Positions 47,215-60,384 of a stretch of DNA of 64,000 nt are shown here, one piece after another. Source of the DNA: Neophaeotheca triangularis (taxonomy: Eukaryota). The stretch is taken from positions 186,001 through 250,000 of the forward strand of contig BAAIJX010000006.1 of the NCBI GenBank assembly GCA_054600435.1. Reading direction: 5' to 3'. The notes beneath the pieces are model-generated. The model did not search any database. It saw only the letters and a program-made list of their open reading frames with translations, and was not told the DNA's origin. The position numbers were made by a program, and so were the translations under genes. Numbering within the stretch: position 1 is the stretch's first letter; each line of letters starts with the position of its first letter.

Positions 47215-47529
47215 TTTGGGCGGAGGTTTGAGAAAGAGGAGAAGAGGTGAATTGGAAAGAGGACTCGAGGTTGGATGGTGATTGTCGCTTTCTCCATACT
47301 TACCTACCCCAGGTGTTAATCCCCAGATTTAGACGGCGGGTATGCGCGGCTTAGAGTTTGGGCCGAGGTCGTACTGATTTAGGAAGGCATGTTTGAGCCG
47401 CTGCCAGCCTCGCCGGCATAAGCCAGGGACACAAGCTCGCTCAGAGGTTAGATACCTGGCAGTAGTAGTGCTGGACTACCTCTCCATGTCTCCTTCTCTC
47501 TACCATTGAGACGGACCACGACATTGACC

Positions 47530-49290
47530 ATGGCTTCCACCGGCTCCCGCAGTCTTCTACGCAGCTTACACCACCTGCCCCGTCGACGGTGTTTCCGTAC
47601 CCCGCGAGGCAGCACGCGCTCAGTCACGACATACACTTCTCCCCAGCAAGCAGCGCAGCTCTCGATACTGCAGTCCGAAGTCGACACGAGCAGCCAGAGC
47701 TATCGCGACAATGCCGCATCCATGGGCGAGCTCATGCGCAATCTCACGGCCTTGCATGAGAAAGCATCGTTGGGTGGGCCGGAAAAGGCGAGGCAGAAAC
47801 ATAAAGAGCGCGGAAAGATGCTCGTGAGGGATCGAATAACGGCGCTGCTAGATCCCGGTACGTCTTTTATGGAGCTTTCGCCGCTTGCTGGGCATGAGAT
47901 GTATGGCAATGAGGAGGTGCCTGCTGGTGGCATCTTGACGGGTATTGGCACTGTTGAGGGGGTTATGTGTATGATTGTTGGAAATGACAGCACGTGCGTT
48001 TTATCCTTGTCTCGTGATTTGCGCCGAGTTGCTGTATACTGACCCACACAGAGTGTAAAGGGTGGTTCCTACTTCCCCATCACAGTGAAGAAGCATCTTC
48101 GAGCCCAGGAGATTGCTCAGCAGAACAAGCTGCCCTGCATTTACCTGGTGGATTCTGGCGGCGCAAATCTCCCTCGACAGGCTGATGTCTTCCCGGACCG
48201 TGAGCACTTTGGGCGTATTTTCTACAATCAGGCGAACATGTCTGCGGCTGGTATCCCCCAAATCTCTGTAGTTATGGGGCCATGCACGGCAGGAGGCGCT
48301 TACGTGCCCTCCATGAGCGACGAAAGCATCATCGTACAAGATCAAGGCCATATTTTCCTGGCCGGTCCGCCTCTGGTCAAAGCCGCAACGGGCGAAGAAG
48401 TGTCCGCCGAGGAATTGGGCGGCGGTAAAATGCACAGCGAAACGAGCGGTGTGACGGACTACCTCGCCGTCAGTGACGAGCACGCTCTCCTTCTTGCCCG
48501 CCGCAGCATCGCCAACCTCAACTATCCTCGCAATCCCAATCCCTCCCTAGCTCCCTCCTTCTCGGAGCCCCTCCACGACATAGCCGAACTCGACGGCCTC
48601 ATCTCCTCCAACCCCAAAGCCAGCATAGACATGCACGCCATCATCGCCCGCATCGTCGACAACAGCGCCTTCAGTGAATTTAAACCACTCTACGGCAGCA
48701 CCCTGCTGACTGGGTTCGCGCACATCGAAGGCCACCCAATCGGCATCATCGCCAACAACGGCATCCTCTTCTCCGAGTCCTCGCTCAAAGGCGCCCACTT
48801 CATCCAACTTTGCAGCAAGCGGCAAATCCCGCTTCTTTTTTTGCAAAATATCAGCGGCTTCATGGTCGGTCGCGACGCCGAAGCTGGTGGTATCGCGAAG
48901 AATGGCGCCAAATTGGTGACGGCGGTGGCCTGCGCCAACGTTCCCAAATTCACTGTCGTGGTGGGTAGCTCGGCGGGCGCGGGCAATTACGGCATGTGTG
49001 GGCGTGCATATTCGCCGAGATTTCTGTGGAGCTGGCCGACTGCTCGCACGAGTGTCATGGGGGCTGAGCAGTTGAGTAAGGTCATGGAGGCCGTGGGCAA
49101 AAAGGTGGATCCTGAGTTGAAGGCTAGGATTGAAAGGGAGCAGGAAGTGCTTTTTGCTACGGCGAGACTGTGGGATGATGGCGTTATTCCGCCTAGTCAT
49201 ACTAGAAGGGTGGTGGGGATGGGGCTGAGAGCGGCTATGGGAGGGAGGAATACGGTTGGGGAGACGGAGTTTGGGGTTTTTAGGATGTAG
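47530..49290 (+). CDS. mccB: 3-methylcrotonyl-CoA carboxylase beta subunit; intron ~47994-48053
   Basis: [89 protein letters not shown]-terminal FGVFRM. Confidence 0.96.
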
Positions 49291-50007
49291 GGCACTTAAG
49301 GGGATGGTTTGTCGTCCTTCATGTGAGATCGGCTTCTTTTCAGTTTAAGCCATATTATCAAACGATATTACGGTTCTAGGTTCTCCTCGTCTGCCCTGGC
49401 TGAGTTGTCATCTGTCGGTGGTCGAGTCTTGGGATGTAAGGTGCTTCGCACCGCGTCTACGACGCGAGTTTGCCCAACCGTCACCGGTACCGCTCGACCA
49501 ATCTGCCAATCTGCCAGCCCAGCCTGTGGGAAATGCACTTGGTCACCATAGACACTCGCCATCGAACCAGGGGCCGTGTTTCTGCGACCCGTAACCAGAG
49601 CCGAGTCGGTAGACCTTCCATCAGATATGTACCTACGACAGAACTGTCGAAAGTCCGGGACCTGGAGCTTTCCCCACAAATGCGGAGAGAACCACATGGG
49701 CATAAGTTCGTCCTCGGCTGAAGCTCACCCCTCGATTCGAATGGGCGAAGGGACAGCATAACCGAAGACCCGTAAGCAGACGCCGACGCAAGTTCTCTCT
49801 ACCTTCGTAGATACAGTAGGTTGTCATCATTTCCCATTTCCTGCCTAGGAGCTATCTCCATCCTGGCAACATACAAACCCCGGGTGCCTCTTCAGCTCCA
49901 TCTACGCGTTTCCATTGTCGAATTCTCTCATCGTTCCTAGAAGTGCAAGAGGAGGAACAGAAGGCCATCCATCCAAACTCCCAATCTCCCCGTCCATCGC
50001 CGCCAAC

Positions 50008-51936
50008 ATGCCTTTCCACCCTCCCGCATATAGTCCGCAGATGCCCGACATCCCGGACTCCATCTCGATAGAACAGTTCATGTTCGACGAGAACTACGGC
50101 CGCTACATGCTCGGCTACTCGCGCGACCCCTTCACCGACGGCATCAACGGCAAGAGCTACAACGCGCTAGAAGTCAAAGAGCGAGTCGACTACCTGGCCC
50201 GCGGGCTCGCAAAAGAGTTCAACTTCAGCCCCAACAATGGTTCCGAGTGGGATAAGGTCGTCGCCTGCTTCAGTCTCAACACTATCGACTACCTGCCGCT
50301 GGCGTGGGCGGTGCACCGTCTCGGTGGTGTGCTCACGGCTGCCAACGCCGCTTATGGCGTCGATGAGGTCGAGTTCCAACTCAAGGACTCGGGTGCTAAA
50401 GCTTGCTTCACCTGCCTGCCGCTGTTGAAGACGACCCTCGAAGCTGCTAAGCGTGTCGGCATGCCGAAAGAACGCGTGTACCTGCTCCCCATGGCGGAGG
50501 CAGCAACCCAGGGCATGTCCGGTGCCGGCCACAAGACGAGCGAGGACTTCATCCAAGCCGGGTCGAAGCTAGAAAGGTTGGAATCGCTGAAGTGGACCGA
50601 TGGCGAAGGCGCGCGCCGTACGGCCTTCCTGTGCTACAGCTCAGGCACTTCGGGTCTCCCCAAGGGCGTCATGATCTCCCACACCAACGTGATTGCCAAC
50701 ACGCTGCAAATCGTAACCCACGAGCAAGCCTCCCGAGACGCCATTGCCAAACGCGAGCGACAAGATCCGCGCCACTACACAGAAATGGCGCTGGGTCTAC
50801 TCCCCCTGTCACACATCTACGGCCTCGTGGTCATTGCCCACGGCAGCATCTATCGCGGCGACGGTGTCCTCGTGCTTCCCAAATACGACTTCAAGCAACT
50901 CCTTCAAGTCGTCCAAGACTACAAAATCAACATGCTCTTCCTCGTCCCGCCCATGATCCTACATATGTGCAACCAGCCCGAAGCCCTCAAGAGCTACGAC
51001 CTGTCCTGCGTCAAGAGCATCTTCACCGGCGCAGCGCCGCTGGGCAAAGAAACCGCCGAAGACCTACTCAAGATCATGCCGCACATTGCCATCAGGCAGG
51101 GGTACGGGTTGACGGAAACTTCCACGGTAGTCTGCGCGACCATTCCCGAGGACATCTGGTTTGGCTCGTCGGGCTCGCTGCTGCCGGGTTTCACCGCCAG
51201 GCTTGTGACCGTCGAGGGTAATGAAATCACCGGCTACGATCAGCCTGGCGAACTGTGGGCCAAGAGCCCGTCTTTGGTCATTGGCTATCTGAACAACGAT
51301 AAAGCGACCAAGGAGACTTTCGTGGAAGCGGAAGATGGGCGGTACATGCGCACTGGCGACGAAGCCGTTGTCCGCAAGAGCCCCGAAGGCCACGAGCACA
51401 TCTTCATCGTAGACCGCATCAAAGAGTCCGTCTCACCCCGACCCCTCGAAACCACTACAAATCGCGCACCAGCTAACGCACAATATTACACACAGATTGA
51501 TCAAAACCAAAGGCATGCAAGTCGCGCCCGCCGAACTCGAAGCCTTCATCCTCACGCACGAGGCCGTGAGCGACTGCGTCGTCATCGGCGTCCCATCAGA
51601 GCGCGAAGGCGAGATCCCCAAAGCCTTTGTCGTCAAAGCTCCGGGTTCCATCGAGGAATCCGATGCCATGATTAAGCGTAAAATCAAGCAGCATGTTGAG
51701 AAGGGCAAGAGCAGGCACAAGTGGCTGGATGGTGGAGTCGAGTTTATTGATGTTGTGGTGAGTGGAGATAACCCTACCTTTCCCGCTTCGCGAGTTTTGG
51801 TCTTGGTGGAGCGGTTGGAGCGGTTTGCTAACGTTTCGTGTCTATGCAGCCCAAGAGCCCTAGCGGTAAGATTTTAAGGAGGTTGATGCGGGATCAGGAG
51901 AGGGAAAAGATGAGGAAGCAGGGCGCGAAGTTGTAG
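50008..51936 (+). CDS. Peroxisomal 4-coumarate/phenylacetate-CoA ligase-like AMP-binding enzyme; introns 51426-51495, 51758-51849
   Basis: YSSGTSGLPKGV, PLSHIYGL, QGYGLTET, RTGDE, DRIKE/LIKTKGMQVAPAELE, PKSPSGKILRR; ends in GAKL* (PTS1). Confidence 0.93.
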
Positions 51937-53527
51937 AGTGCTTTGACTCGAAATGGATGATGATTCATGTTGCCAACATTGTTCGATTTGGGAGGCGCTG
52001 TGCTTTGTGAATACAACGACAATCAAGGGGCAAAGAGGAGCGTATGTGAGTGTATGTAACGGTGTCGAGGTACCACGTTACAATCATCAAGTGATAGGCT
52101 GCTCCTCTGATGCTTGGAACGGGCATAGAAGATGGGGTGGTACAGAACGTCGCTTGAACAGCGGCACCATGTGCAAGTGAGCAATCCTCGCAGCTCACTG
52201 GTGGTGAGCACGACTTGCCCGGGTCCAGCGACACGGGTCAGATTGCGTGGCAGCGACTCCACAGTATCTTTGGGTGCTCCTCGGGGCCTTTGAACTCCAA
52301 TCTGATAGAGCGAGCGTGAGATGCGACTCGAAGGGTCATAAATGGCAGGATAATCCAGATGAGGCCTGCAACAAAATCAAGCAGTGCGCCTATTTCCACG
52401 AATACCATGGGGGTGGAAGACAAATACAGTTCCAGGGAGTATTCCGCACCTGGCAGCCGATCGGAAATTGCTATGATGGACCTGTGGTACATAGAATCCA
52501 TCAACAAGGGCAGATGACTGGCGGTCCCTTTTAACACCATTTCTGAAGCACACCCGACGGGTCCGAAAGTGAAAAGATCCTTAGACTGTCCACGCAGAAC
52601 GATATGGAACGGTGACACGGCTCTCCTGATTACGTCCAACCATCTCCGGCCTAGGAAGACCGCTCAGATCTAGCCAGAGTAGATTGACGGCAATCCCTCC
52701 AGCTCCGGCAAGTAAAGTCCAGCGGAGCTCCAAGTGAATGTTCCGGTGGCATGTGCCTGTCCAGGAGCTGCAGATATCTACCAACACCACCTACCTAAAA
52801 CGTTCGAAAAGCAAGATCAATCTTTGGTCTTGATCCAGAGAAGCAAGATGAAACAAAGCAAAAGCGTGCCGCCAGCAGCAAAACGGTCCGGACTACTTGA
52901 ATTGCGGTAAAAGATCTGCGTCCCTATTATCCTCCTCGAACCTGACTCCGTCAACCCCTCGCTCGAATGGACGCGATGTGTCGAACCCTATGGTAGTAAT
53001 GAGCTCCTAAAAGCCCAAAGATGACAAGAGAAATTCGTAGTTGTCTTCGCAAGTGGGTCTGATGTTTCCGCCACCCGGTGGCGAAATCCAATGGTCAATG
53101 CAAGTAGTCCTGATCGGCTTGATCGGTCATCGACATGATCCACTCGTCTAGTGGTGTAGCAGGTGTAGGCCCTGGAGCGAAGATCAGACACTCCCGGAAA
53201 TCCACAGGTCAACGAGCAGTCCCGACACGATTCCTCGGTACTCGATTGAGTAATCCCAATATTAGTGGCACAAGCAAAGCGTCTGCGGCAAGGTCCAAAA
53301 GAGGCGATGGCAGTGACCAGAGACATTCCAGGAAGACACACACTTATACCAGAGGTGACAAGTCACAAGCTTGCATTGCTCGGAGCTCAATAGAAGCTTC
53401 AAGCCTGGCTCGCTTGCAGTGGTGCACTTAGGCATGTCCCTTCTCGGTTGAGCAACTGTCAAGCGGTCGCCAGACGCGTATCCAAACGGACCAAGGCAGG
53501 TAATATTTCAAATCAGACATGTTATGG

Positions 53528-55083
53528 TCAATTCATCCGACGGCGGCGTGGATCACGACCATCCCGATCAACGCCCGTTGGTGGTCTGTCCCGTCCATAT
53601 GGTTCCTGCTGTGCCCTGTATCCGCTCTCGGCTTGCGGAGGGTATGCTGACGCGGGTGCATCAGTGAGTTGTCCTAGCAGGCTAGATCGATTAGGAATAC
53701 TTACGTCGGCCGTACTGCTCGTACTGGCTTTGAGGCGCGGGTGCGTAGGGACTACGAGCATTAGCATAGCCCATTGCGCCAGAGGCGTCGGCAGAATCGC
53801 ACCTTGGCCCTGCCGGGGGGCTAGTGATTGGGCGCTCTCCGGACATGGTGGATATTGTGGCCGCAGGACTGGGGTATGCATACCGTGGGTCGCGAGGGTC
53901 CTGTGGGTACTCTGGAGGATATCTAGAGTCACGCGACTCGCGCGGGTCGCCGCGCATGTCTCTCGGATCCCGAGGGTCGGGCCTCCCTCCTGCCAATGTT
54001 TGCTGTGCTCCATATGATGGTGGATACTGAGAGTCCATCCTCATGGCTGGGCTGTTTTCATACGGCGGCTGCGACACTGGCACATAGTAGTTTCCTTGTC
54101 TCGCAAATCCGGGTGGAGGACCGTCATTGCTTGCGGGCGGGTAGCCAGAGGCAGTAGGATATCTAGGGTCCTGTTGGAAACTTGAAGTCACGGGCGGTCT
54201 CCCGTAACTCCCTGCCATGGGCTGCTCCTGATGATATTGCGGCGCCCTTGGATCAGCGTACCTTGGATCAATGTTTACGGGATGGCTGCGAACTTCGCCT
54301 CGAGGATCCCTGGAGTCCCGAAGATCTCTCTGCTGCTCCCTCGGATCTCTGTGCCTCGGGTCTCTGGAGTCTGAAGGATACTGGCGTGCATCTGGCTGAC
54401 TCCTAGGATCCCTATTGTCGCTGTATACTCTATTTTCCTGCGGGTAGCGAGGGTCTGCAGACCCGTATCTCCTATCACCTGGCGGAGCAACGGCTGGGGT
54501 ATCAACGTCCATCCGGTCCTCATGGGAACGATCACTGCGACTGTCTGCCATCCGGTATGGGCTGTTGCCTCCCGCTCCTGGCGATTCCACTGGGGGTCTT
54601 GAAGGCCGGCCTTTTACGGAAGCATTGTGCGCTGCGGATCCAACATAGGGTTCTATGAATGTGTCAGGTTCTGTGTACCCTGAGTTCAGTGACACACGAG
54701 GGCTGTTGCTACCTCTTGTCCCAGTGCTTCTCTGCTCTTGTCTCCATCGTGCAGAGTCCTGTTTGAGGTCTGCGATCATGGCCTGGCGTCTGTGGTTAGT
54801 ATATACAGACATACAATGCGGTTTTTTGACGCGGTTCCTACGTTTGTTAGGTTCCGGTATGCCTTGATCCAGTAGCCTTGGACATTCTGTTATTTTGAAG
54901 TAAGCAATCTTTCTTCCACCAGATCACACCACGGTGTCGCCTGACCTCGTTTGAGCCGTTGCCCAAGCCTGGCCTCACAGTCGCATCGTTTCCTAGGTAC
55001 CTTTGGATGTCCGCGGAGATCACATGTCGGTCGATGCCTTCTCCGGGAACAAACCATTGCCGCGCAATTGGACCAGAAGACAT
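53528..55083 (-). CDS. RfeG-like protein with DPR/DSR repeat-rich disordered region, multi-exon
   Basis: RQWFVPGEGIDRHVISADIQRYLGNDATVRPG / NVQGYWIKAYRNLTN / AMIADLKQDSARW is the conserved N-terminal domain I recall for fungal RfeG-annotated proteins. The 3' exon boundaries are approximate. Confidence 0.75.
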
Positions 55084-56595
55084 GATGAAGTCCTCGGCGG
55101 TCGCAAAACGCAAGTAAAAGCAACAACTCAAGTCCGCAGGGCAGTGTGCGAAGCGAATCTACAAGGCTCCGGCTGTATCCTCGCTGGCTTTCCCGGCAGA
55201 TGTCCTGGCGCAATGCCTGCTGCGGCGCAGCTCCTCTCCTGTGGCTTAGGAAGTCCTCAGCTGAATGGACGGCAGCAAATTGGTGCGCAAATTTTCCGGA
55301 AGATGGCACTCCTTGTGGATTCTCTTGGGATGTGAAATGAGATCCGTTTGGGACGAGGAAGGGTCACTCAAGCTGATGCGAAACGTGGGAAGAAGGCAGT
55401 CTCAGCCAGGCGGGGCCCTTGGAAAGTTGGGCAAGAAGAGCAGCAGCGCGCGGATGTACGTGCTGGAGTACCCGCTGCGAGAGGGGGTTAGCGGCGCCAG
55501 GGAAACCGGCGATTGCACTGATGATTGGGCAGAAACGGGAGATCCGAAGAGTGTGGCCTGTGTGTTCCTGTGGTGGGGCAGCAAACAGAACTTTGTTAGT
55601 TCTCTCGCGGGCAGTCTCTGTCACGTCAAAAAGATCTACGTTCTTGATGAGTGCGGAAGCAGAGAGAGAGAGAGCGTCTCGAATGCACCTTGGGTAAAAG
55701 GACGGGACTAGAGGGACAAGGAGCAGCAGAAGCAGAAGCAGAAGCAGAAAGTGTCCACCTGATGAGCAACGAACGGGCTGACGAGGGTGATAGTAGTAGT
55801 AGTAACGTTAGTAGTGATGGTGTGCCGAGAAGGTTCCAATTGGTGTCTATTGGGCAGCGACCTAAGAAGACGGGAGGCCGTCTCGTCGAGACGTGGCGAG
55901 CTGGAGTTGGGCCGCAATCATCTCTGCTAGTCCTCATTCGGAGCACACGTGACTTGGGCCAACTTTCATCTGTTCCAATGGATGGCCCGGGGAACTCCTG
56001 AATTCTGCCACTGCACGCAACATGCACTTGGCACAATAATCAGGACTACTAGTATTTGGACTTCACCGGTGGCGTCGTACCGTGTATTGATCATCTGCTA
56101 CTTGCCGCCGACGCTGCAGCTTGACGAGGAACACCTGCTGTCACCACTGTTTCAACTGGTCCAAATCCTTCCGACATGCTGTTGCACCAGTACTAACTAG
56201 TACTTGGTGACTACAGTCTACACAGGATTCTAGCTGTTGTTATAGTCCGCCGTCTAGAAGTTGCACGGCATGATGCCGTGACTGAATCGGCATTGTTTCA
56301 GCAGTGTGCTCGTGTGTGCTGCATCTCTTACTGGAGCCTCGCCAGCCCAGAAAGTCGCTCGGGCACGCGCTAGGTTTAGACACTGCTACGCCCCGAAATC
56401 CACGCAGACCATCTGATGCTGAGCACGCACTACTGCAGATCAGCAACTGTCACGACCTCATACACGTGGCCCCACAGCATCTTTCATCAACGATCTGTGC
56501 AAGGCCAGAGTCTTCCTGTTGGCGCGTGAAGATGCCACACGCCGAGAACAGTAGTGAGGTACGCCAACTACAGACTCCTTACACGGACATGTGCC

Positions 56596-57706
56596 TCAGA
56601 GCTTAGCTCCCTCTACCGCTTTGACCCGGAACCCCCATCTTGGAGCATGTACCCGGATCTCTTTGCCTCCATTCTTGCTCTTCACAGCAACAGCAACCTC
56701 CATCTCGTTCAAGGCTACCAATGAGCCGGCATCCTTGTGAGTAAATCCACTGTCGATTGGAAAAACTTCTACCATCGAACCAGCTTTGAGTCCCAATGGA
56801 TCAGACTCATCGACGCGAGGCTGTTTGTCGTTGAAGTCGGCACACATAATCGCTTGAAGCGCCTCGGGCCCTTTAAGGGTGACTGGCTTGGGAGCCGCTG
56901 CGGAGGCGTCTTTCGTTGCTTGCTTCCATCGCTTCAACCACGCGTAAGTCTTCGGGTAGTGCTTATCCGAGAAATGCTCAGCGGGTAAGTTGAGATCCAT
57001 GAGCCAGCTAAAAGGCCAGACAGCTTGTTCACGTTATCAGCATGGTTTCTCGCAAACGGCTCTCGGTGTACAAACCTTCAATATCAGCCATCGTCGGCTT
57101 TTCGGTCCCCGCGATCCACTGCCTCCCATCCGCCAGCAGTGCTTCGATAATCGCAAATGCCTCGCGCAAATGCACCATAGCCTCCGGCCTCTGCTTAATG
57201 ATGTCCTCCTTCTGCCAACTCCTCCCCATAAAGCTCTCTCGGTCTTTCAAGAAAGCCGGGTTCTTCAGCACAGGCCCATCCGGCGGTATCATCTGCGAAG
57301 CACGAGCAAAGACTCCCGAGTCGATTGTGAACTTGGAGAGCAGGGCTGTGATTCCTTCCAACCCCTCGGGCGACAGGCCTGGGTGCTCTGCGGAGGCAGG
57401 GAAGCGTTTTTCAAGAACTTGGAGGATGAGGCGTGTGTCACAGTAGACATCTCGTCCGATGCTCAGAATTGGAATTCTCCGGTATCTGACACCAAGGGCT
57501 TCTAGATCGGGACGGGGGAGCATGGGAGGTTGGATCTGAAGATATGGTCAGAAAGACTGCCTGAACGAGGCGTGACGGACATGGATACTTACGCATTGCG
57601 CGTGTGGAATCTTCCTGAGTGCAAGGTACCAAATGATGCGGCGAGCATAGGGTGAGAAGGGATATTGCCAAAAGACTATGTCGTTGGGGGCTTTGGTGTC
57701 CGACAT
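56596..57706 (-). CDS. Glutathione S-transferase N-terminal-domain protein, 3 exons, PTS1 (AKL)
   Basis: FWQYPFSPYARRIIWYLALRKIP / QPPMLPRPDLEALGVRYRRIPILSIGRDVYCDTRLIL...WIAGTEKPTMADIE...HAPRWGFRV...GAKL*. Confidence 0.88.
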
Positions 57707-58473
57707 CTTGAGCTATGGGAGAAGCAGGATTCAAAGAGACTAGTGGAGAGAAGTCGCAACAATGCTGTCTACTGTGTCTTTATGGCTATCTATGTAGAGA
57801 GAGGTACTCAACAAGCGTGCACTGCCAACGGCCAAATGCGTTCATCCATCTCGAGCTTCATCCCGACTACCTCGGTATATACCTAGCTCAAGCCCCCACT
57901 TTTATCGCACCTCACCTCGTACGCAGCTCCAGGCCAGGGTCAGAGTTTGGTTGTGCTTTTCTTTCCAGGCGCTGAGACTGATTAATGGCTGTTGCAGCCA
58001 AGTACATCTCGTCTGTGTAACAAGACGCCGGGCTTATTTTCTGCATTTCGACCGCGGATGCCTTTGTCTCAAGCAGATAAACCTACTGTCGGGCTCTGCG
58101 CTTCAACGTCGTCACCCTCCGTCTCGGCCCCCGAGATGTTGATCACGACGTTTGGCCTGTTGACGATTTAACATAGAGCGTGGAACAATCTACGGTATAC
58201 TGAAGCGAGCATCTCATCGAACCAACAGATGAGATGCCCCGTTAGGCCCAGAAATTGGTGAAGTGTGGAAAGGGTGATGAATGAGACAAGAGGAGCAGAC
58301 AGTGGCCTTTGGAAGACCACATTCAGGGTCGAAGAGCGCCCATTTTACCACGACCCCTAAGGTAGTGGTAAAGAAGAGGCTGTGATAATATTACACAAGG
58401 GTATCTCAGCAATCTCGAACCCGCCGGTACTCTCGAACCACACTGCCACAGGAGCACACCACAAACAGCCCCC

Positions 58474-60384
58474 TCAATGCGGCTTCGTAGGCGTACTAGC
58501 ACTGCTTCCACCACCACCGCCCCCCTTTTTCATCAGACTCGCAAAATATTTTTCCAAATCCGCCACGGGCACATCGGCCTCCCCAGCCTTGTTACCCTTA
58601 GCACCCGAAGAAGCGGGCGTGCCACTCACTTCCCTCTCACGCGGTCTCGGGGTCCCACCCCTCGAGCCCGCCGGACTCGCGCCCGCAGCTGTATCCTGAC
58701 CCTGTTGCGGTCGACGCAGATTCTGGATAGCCGCTTCCGCGGACACGGTGTTGTAGCTCACACCGCCGACGTTGAAACTGACATCGCCGAGGTCGTCGAG
58801 AGCGCCGCTGCCGGAGCCGGAGTCCAGACGTCTGGTGGTGTTGCCGGAGCCGCCGGTGTTGGTGAGAGTGGAGTTGCCGGCTGTGGTACGGGTTTTATTG
58901 TTGCTGCGGTCGGCGTCTTGGGTCGCGAGAGTGTCAAGTTCACGTTTCATCTCTGAGAGGAAGTCTTGTTCTCTGCGGGTGGTTGTTGTAATGGCGGGTG
59001 CTAGGGGTGCTTTGTGGGCGTTGGGGTCGGTGACTTCGCTTTCGTATTGGGCTATTGCTGATTGGATTGCGGGGGTTTGCTGAGTTGAGGCGGGCGGGCT
59101 AGGAGAGCTGGCGTGTGAGGAGCCAAAGACTTCTTCACCTCCCGCGCCTGCGTCTGCGGTGGGAGGTTGTTCCACAGGTGGAGAAGTGGATTCCTGGGGT
59201 TTGATTCGAAAAGGGGGTTGTTGGGGCTGTGAGAGGTCTGAGAGCCAGCTTTCGAGCATCTCTTCTGGCGAGAAGGTCTCAGAGAGAAGACGAATCTTAC
59301 CCAAGCTGTCCCAGCCATGAGGTACGCAGATAGCCATGCGGTCGACGACGTTGTGACGAGGCTCGAGATCTTCGCGCTTCGCGGAAGCTGCACCACTGGC
59401 AGGCGGAGGGCTCAAGGGGCCAAGATCAAGGCCGAGCGAAGAGTAGACGACTTTTTGCGATTCCGTGAGCGCAGAGCCGGGCTGCTGAGGCGGAGCTGTG
59501 GATGGCATGTAAAGTAGCGCCGCAGAGAGAGGGAGTATAGCGGTCCGAATAAGCTGCGAGACATAATCGAACTTTTCCTCTCTCCAGCTGTCGCGCTCCA
59601 AGGCGATTTGCGCTTCAGTGTGCTGGATCACCACGGTCAGGGGGATACGGTGCTCTTTCAAAACATCCAGAGGATCTTCATGAAAATGGCCTTCCTCCCG
59701 CAACGATGAAGCGAGCAGTTGTAGCCAAGCGCGCAAGTGTCTCATAAACTTCCATGGCTCCTTCCAGCTCAGCAGCAGACACACCGCTGGACGTCCTTTG
59801 CCCCGGCCGTCTCCCTCCCCTTTAACAGTACCATCTGCATCCTCATGCTCCTCACCTTCACTTTCCTTCTCTTCCGGCACCAAAAGCCCGTTCAAAACCC
59901 TCCTGTACCCCTCCTCAGCCTCTGGAACAGTATGCACCTCCACCCTAGCCATTTCCTCACTCTCCTGACCCAATCCACCCACGGCACTTCCCCCTCCCTG
60001 TTGATTTGCACTGAATAGCGTCAAATACCCGTACCCATAAGCATACCGATTACTCAACACCAATCCCCCCTTAGGCTTCTGCGGTTTCTGATCCCTATTC
60101 CTGTTCGGTGCAGACGCAGTTGGTGGAGGCCGGGCTAGAGACTGCACAAAATGCCGCTGCTCGTCTGGCGCGCCGCCGCAGACTACCAGGTTCCGAGTTA
60201 CTAGGCCTTGGGAATTGCCTGTGCGGCTGCGGGCCTGGGCTTCGCGGGTCTGGCGCAGGAGGTTGGACCAGATGTCGCGGCGTTCTTCTTTCTTGCCTAT
60301 TCGGTTGTTGCGGTCGGCGGTCCGGCGGCGAGGGGTCTCGAAGGCGCTGGACGTCGTTGGACGGGACATTGTGTTTGTAGCCAT
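58474..60384 (-). CDS. Cytoplasmic dynein light intermediate chain-like protein (636 aa)
   Basis: RDIWSNLL...NLVVCGG, YAYGYGY, LLSWKEPW, FDYVSQLIRTAILPLSAALLY, PRHNVVDRMAICVPHGWDSLGKIRLLSETF, and a C-terminal LEKYFASLMKK helix. Confidence 0.85.
   Translation of the reverse strand: MATNTMSRPTTSSAFETPRRRTADRNNRIGKKEERRDIWSNLLRQTREAQARSRTGNSQGLVTRNLVVCGGAPDEQRHFVQSLARPPPTASAPNRNRDQKPQKPKGGLVLSNRYAYGYGYLTLFSANQQGGGSAVGGLGQESEEMARVEVHTVPEAEEGYRRVLNGLLVPEEKESEGEEHEDADGTVKGEGDGRGKGRPAVCLLLSWKEPWKFMRHLRAWLQLLASSLREEGHFHEDPLDVLKEHRIPLTVVIQHTEAQIALERDSWREEKFDYVSQLIRTAILPLSAALLYMPSTAPPQQPGSALTESQKVVYSSLGLDLGPLSPPPASGAASAKREDLEPRHNVVDRMAICVPHGWDSLGKIRLLSETFSPEEMLESWLSDLSQPQQPPFRIKPQESTSPPVEQPPTADAGAGGEEVFGSSHASSPSPPASTQQTPAIQSAIAQYESEVTDPNAHKAPLAPAITTTTRREQDFLSEMKRELDTLATQDADRSNNKTRTTAGNSTLTNTGGSGNTTRRLDSGSGSGALDDLGDVSFNVGGVSYNTVSAEAAIQNLRRPQQGQDTAAGASPAGSRGGTPRPREREVSGTPASSGAKGNKAGEADVPVADLEKYFASLMKKGGGGGGSSASTPTKPH

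Noticed and set aside
51953..52534. Two short Cys-containing + strand ORFs (51953-52180, 52247-52534) that might splice into a small protein
   Set aside because: No signal peptide, no convincing branch site or acceptor, and the region overlaps the ligase 3' UTR; cannot be supported without homology or RNA data.
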